DNA of 64,000 nucleotides, taken from contig NC_068984.1 in assembly GCF_001194135.2 (NCBI RefSeq), positions 54,419,524 to 54,483,523 on the forward strand. The letters run 5' to 3'. Numbering within the stretch: the stretch's first letter is position 1; the number at the start of each line of letters is the position of its first letter. This DNA comes from Octopus bimaculoides (taxonomy: Eukaryota). Made by a program: the position numbers and the translations under genes. Positions 61,838-64,000 of this stretch are shown here, piece by piece. The notes below the pieces were generated by a model. The model was not told where the DNA came from and did not search any database. It worked only from the letters and a program-made list of their open reading frames with translations.

Positions 61838-61974
61838 GTGGTGATTTGTTAACAACTTAATGTGGCAGTCTCAGGAAAGGGAAAACTGATACTGCTATTT
61901 AACCCCAGGAAACGCTGTTTCCTGCTGGACATGTGACACAAGCGTTTTGTCTCCTTATGTTTTCAAACAGGGGA

Positions 61975-63117
61975 GAGGGTTAAATAACAATTCTACTAGC
62001 TTGCCACATGAGGATTAAGGCCAGCAAGTTTAGGAAGTTGGGGTTAGTGAATTGCATCAACCCCAGTGCTCAACTGAAACTTATTTTATTAACCCTTAAA
62101 TGATGAAAAGCAAAGTCAATCTCAGTGGAATTTGAACTCAGAACATAAAAAGCTAGAAGAAATTCTGCTAAGCATTTTGTTTGATGTGCTAACAATTCTG
62201 CCAGCTTGCCACCCTTAATGCTAATGATGATGATGATGATCCTTTCTACTATAGGCTCAAAGTCTGAAATTTTTGGGAAAGGAAGTAGTTGATTGCATCA
62301 GCTTACTCTTTGACCGGTACCCTGAAAGGATGAAAGGCAAAGTCAACTCCAGTGGAATTTGAACTCAGAATGTAAAGATGGACTAAATGCTGCTAAGAAC
62401 TTTACCCAGTGTGCTAACAATTTTGCCAGCTTGTCACTTTAGATGATAATGAAAATATTGATTTCAAATTTTTGCACTAGGTCAGCAATTTTGGGGGAGG
62501 AGTAAGTCGATTATATTGACCCCAGTGCTTAACTGGTACTTATTTTATTGACCTGAAAAGGTGAAAGGTAAAGTTAACCTTGGTGGAATTTGAACTCAGA
62601 ATGTAAAGAGGGACAAAATGCTGTTAAGCATTTTGCCCAGCATGCTAATGATTCTACTAGTCCTCTGCTTATAATAATAATAATAATACTTTCTGTTATA
62701 GGCACAAGGCCTGAAATTTGTGGGGAGGGGGATAGTTGATCACACCTCAGTACTCAACTGTTACTTAATTTATCGACCCTGAAAGGATGAAAGACAAAGT
62801 TGACCTTGGCGAAATTTGAATTCAGTATGTAGCAGTGGATGAAATAGCGATAAGCATTTCATCTGGTGTGCTAAGGATTCTGCCAGCTCGCCACCTTAGA
62901 ATCTTTTCTACTAAAGGTACAAGGTTTGAAATTTGGTGGGAGAGGACTAATCGATTACATTGACCACAGTGTTTTGCTGGTACTTAATTTATTAACCCCA
63001 AAAAGATGAAAGGCAAAGTTGACCTAAGTGGAATTTGATCTCAGAACATAGTGACAGCTGATTTACTGCTAAGCATTTCACCCAGCATGCTAACCATTCT
63101 ACCAACCCACTGCCTAT
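61975..63117 (-). mobile_element. Head-to-tail array of five SINE family A copies
   Basis: Five same-orientation units separated by (TAA)/(TGA) tails, mostly CpG-eroded. Confidence 0.85.
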
Positions 63118-63129
63118 AATAATAATGAT

Positions 63130-63700
63130 GATGATAACAAATGCTCTGATTCAATATCAGGCAGTGGCTTTCATGGCTTTTGATCTTAACTGATTGGAAG
63201 TGTTATCATGTACGTTTTGTCTTGGTACAAAAGATGGGCTACAGCAAATATTCTGCTCAATGCCACAGATTTGCTTCTCAGTTACTTGACCTTAACCACC
63301 TGAGCATGTCCCTTAGTGGCTGATGATATGAGCAACTCTGATAACAAGCAGGAGTAGTGGGGAGCACCATAGCCATGTGTTGAGAGGAATTCTTTGAGAT
63401 TAGAATAATTCACCTCTGGAAACATGGGTGTTTTGTTCATCATTCTGAAACAGACCTTATTCAGGGATCTTTTTTTTGAGTGGGATGGGCTACTTGACCT
63501 GAAGAAAATTCTAGGTGTGCCCCTCCTGCAAAGTCATGCTCTGTTTATCTTGATATGAAATCACCATGTTGCACACATATGGTTGTGGTGCATGTGTCTG
63601 GTGTACCATTATCAGACAGGTGGTCATGATGAGTATATTGGGCTTCATATAGTGGTACCTCAGTGTCACTTTGATGGCATACATTGCTCTCTCAGTTAAT
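63130..63700 (-). repeat. Interspersed repeat related to 46060-46340
   Basis: Shared segment in inverted orientation; this is the longer copy. Confidence 0.65.
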
Positions 63701-64000
63701 AATGATAATGATAATAATAATAGTTTTAAATTTTGATACAGGGCCAGCAGCTTTTGATGAGGAGGGGAAAGTTGATTACAGCAACCCCAGTACTTGACTG
63801 GTACTTATTTTATTATCCTCTTGTAATTTTTATGTTGTGTTCGTGATTACAATCATTATCAGCAAAAACCTGCCAGCCTTCCTTGATATGTGCCAGCCCT
63901 TAACAATTTTTGTAGTCAATTTAAGTGGTGTAGGTGGAATTTCTGTTGTCTCTTCTGTATTCTTAGTTTTTTTTTTCTAACAACATCAGCTTCACGTTAG

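Overview
AT-rich, repeat-dense eukaryotic genomic DNA. It is most likely an octopus (coleoid cephalopod); this is inferred from SINE families and microsatellite content I recognise from memory, not from a search. Two host genes are recognisable. SNUPN (snurportin-1) has two coding exons on the minus strand (2529-2372 and 2003-1859) and runs off the left edge; the ORF track misses the first exon. An intact, intronless PHPT1/Janus-family phosphohistidine phosphatase ORF lies at 14272-14649 (+). The rest is mostly transposon-derived: two degenerate Gypsy elements, RTE and CR1/Jockey-type LINEs, Penelope fragments, four Tc1/mariner elements, a hAT element, foldback MITEs and two tRNA-derived SINE families. 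The strongest lead is a PHPT1 system. (i) An inverted partial copy 38 kb away has a 302-bp core with only 2 mismatches inside older, transition-biased homology, a gene-conversion-like signature. (ii) A splice acceptor upstream of the PHPT1 ORF could join a + strand first exon lying 90 bp from the opposite-facing SNUPN first-exon donor, creating a 52-codon upstream ORF. Other leads: telomere-repeat-bearing inverted-repeat elements, CpG-depleted domains implying an unannotated methylated gene at about 17-41 kb, head-to-tail SINE arrays of mixed subfamilies, and a Gypsy LTR followed by a PBS. Coordinates of degenerate repeats are approximate. No database search or computation was run.
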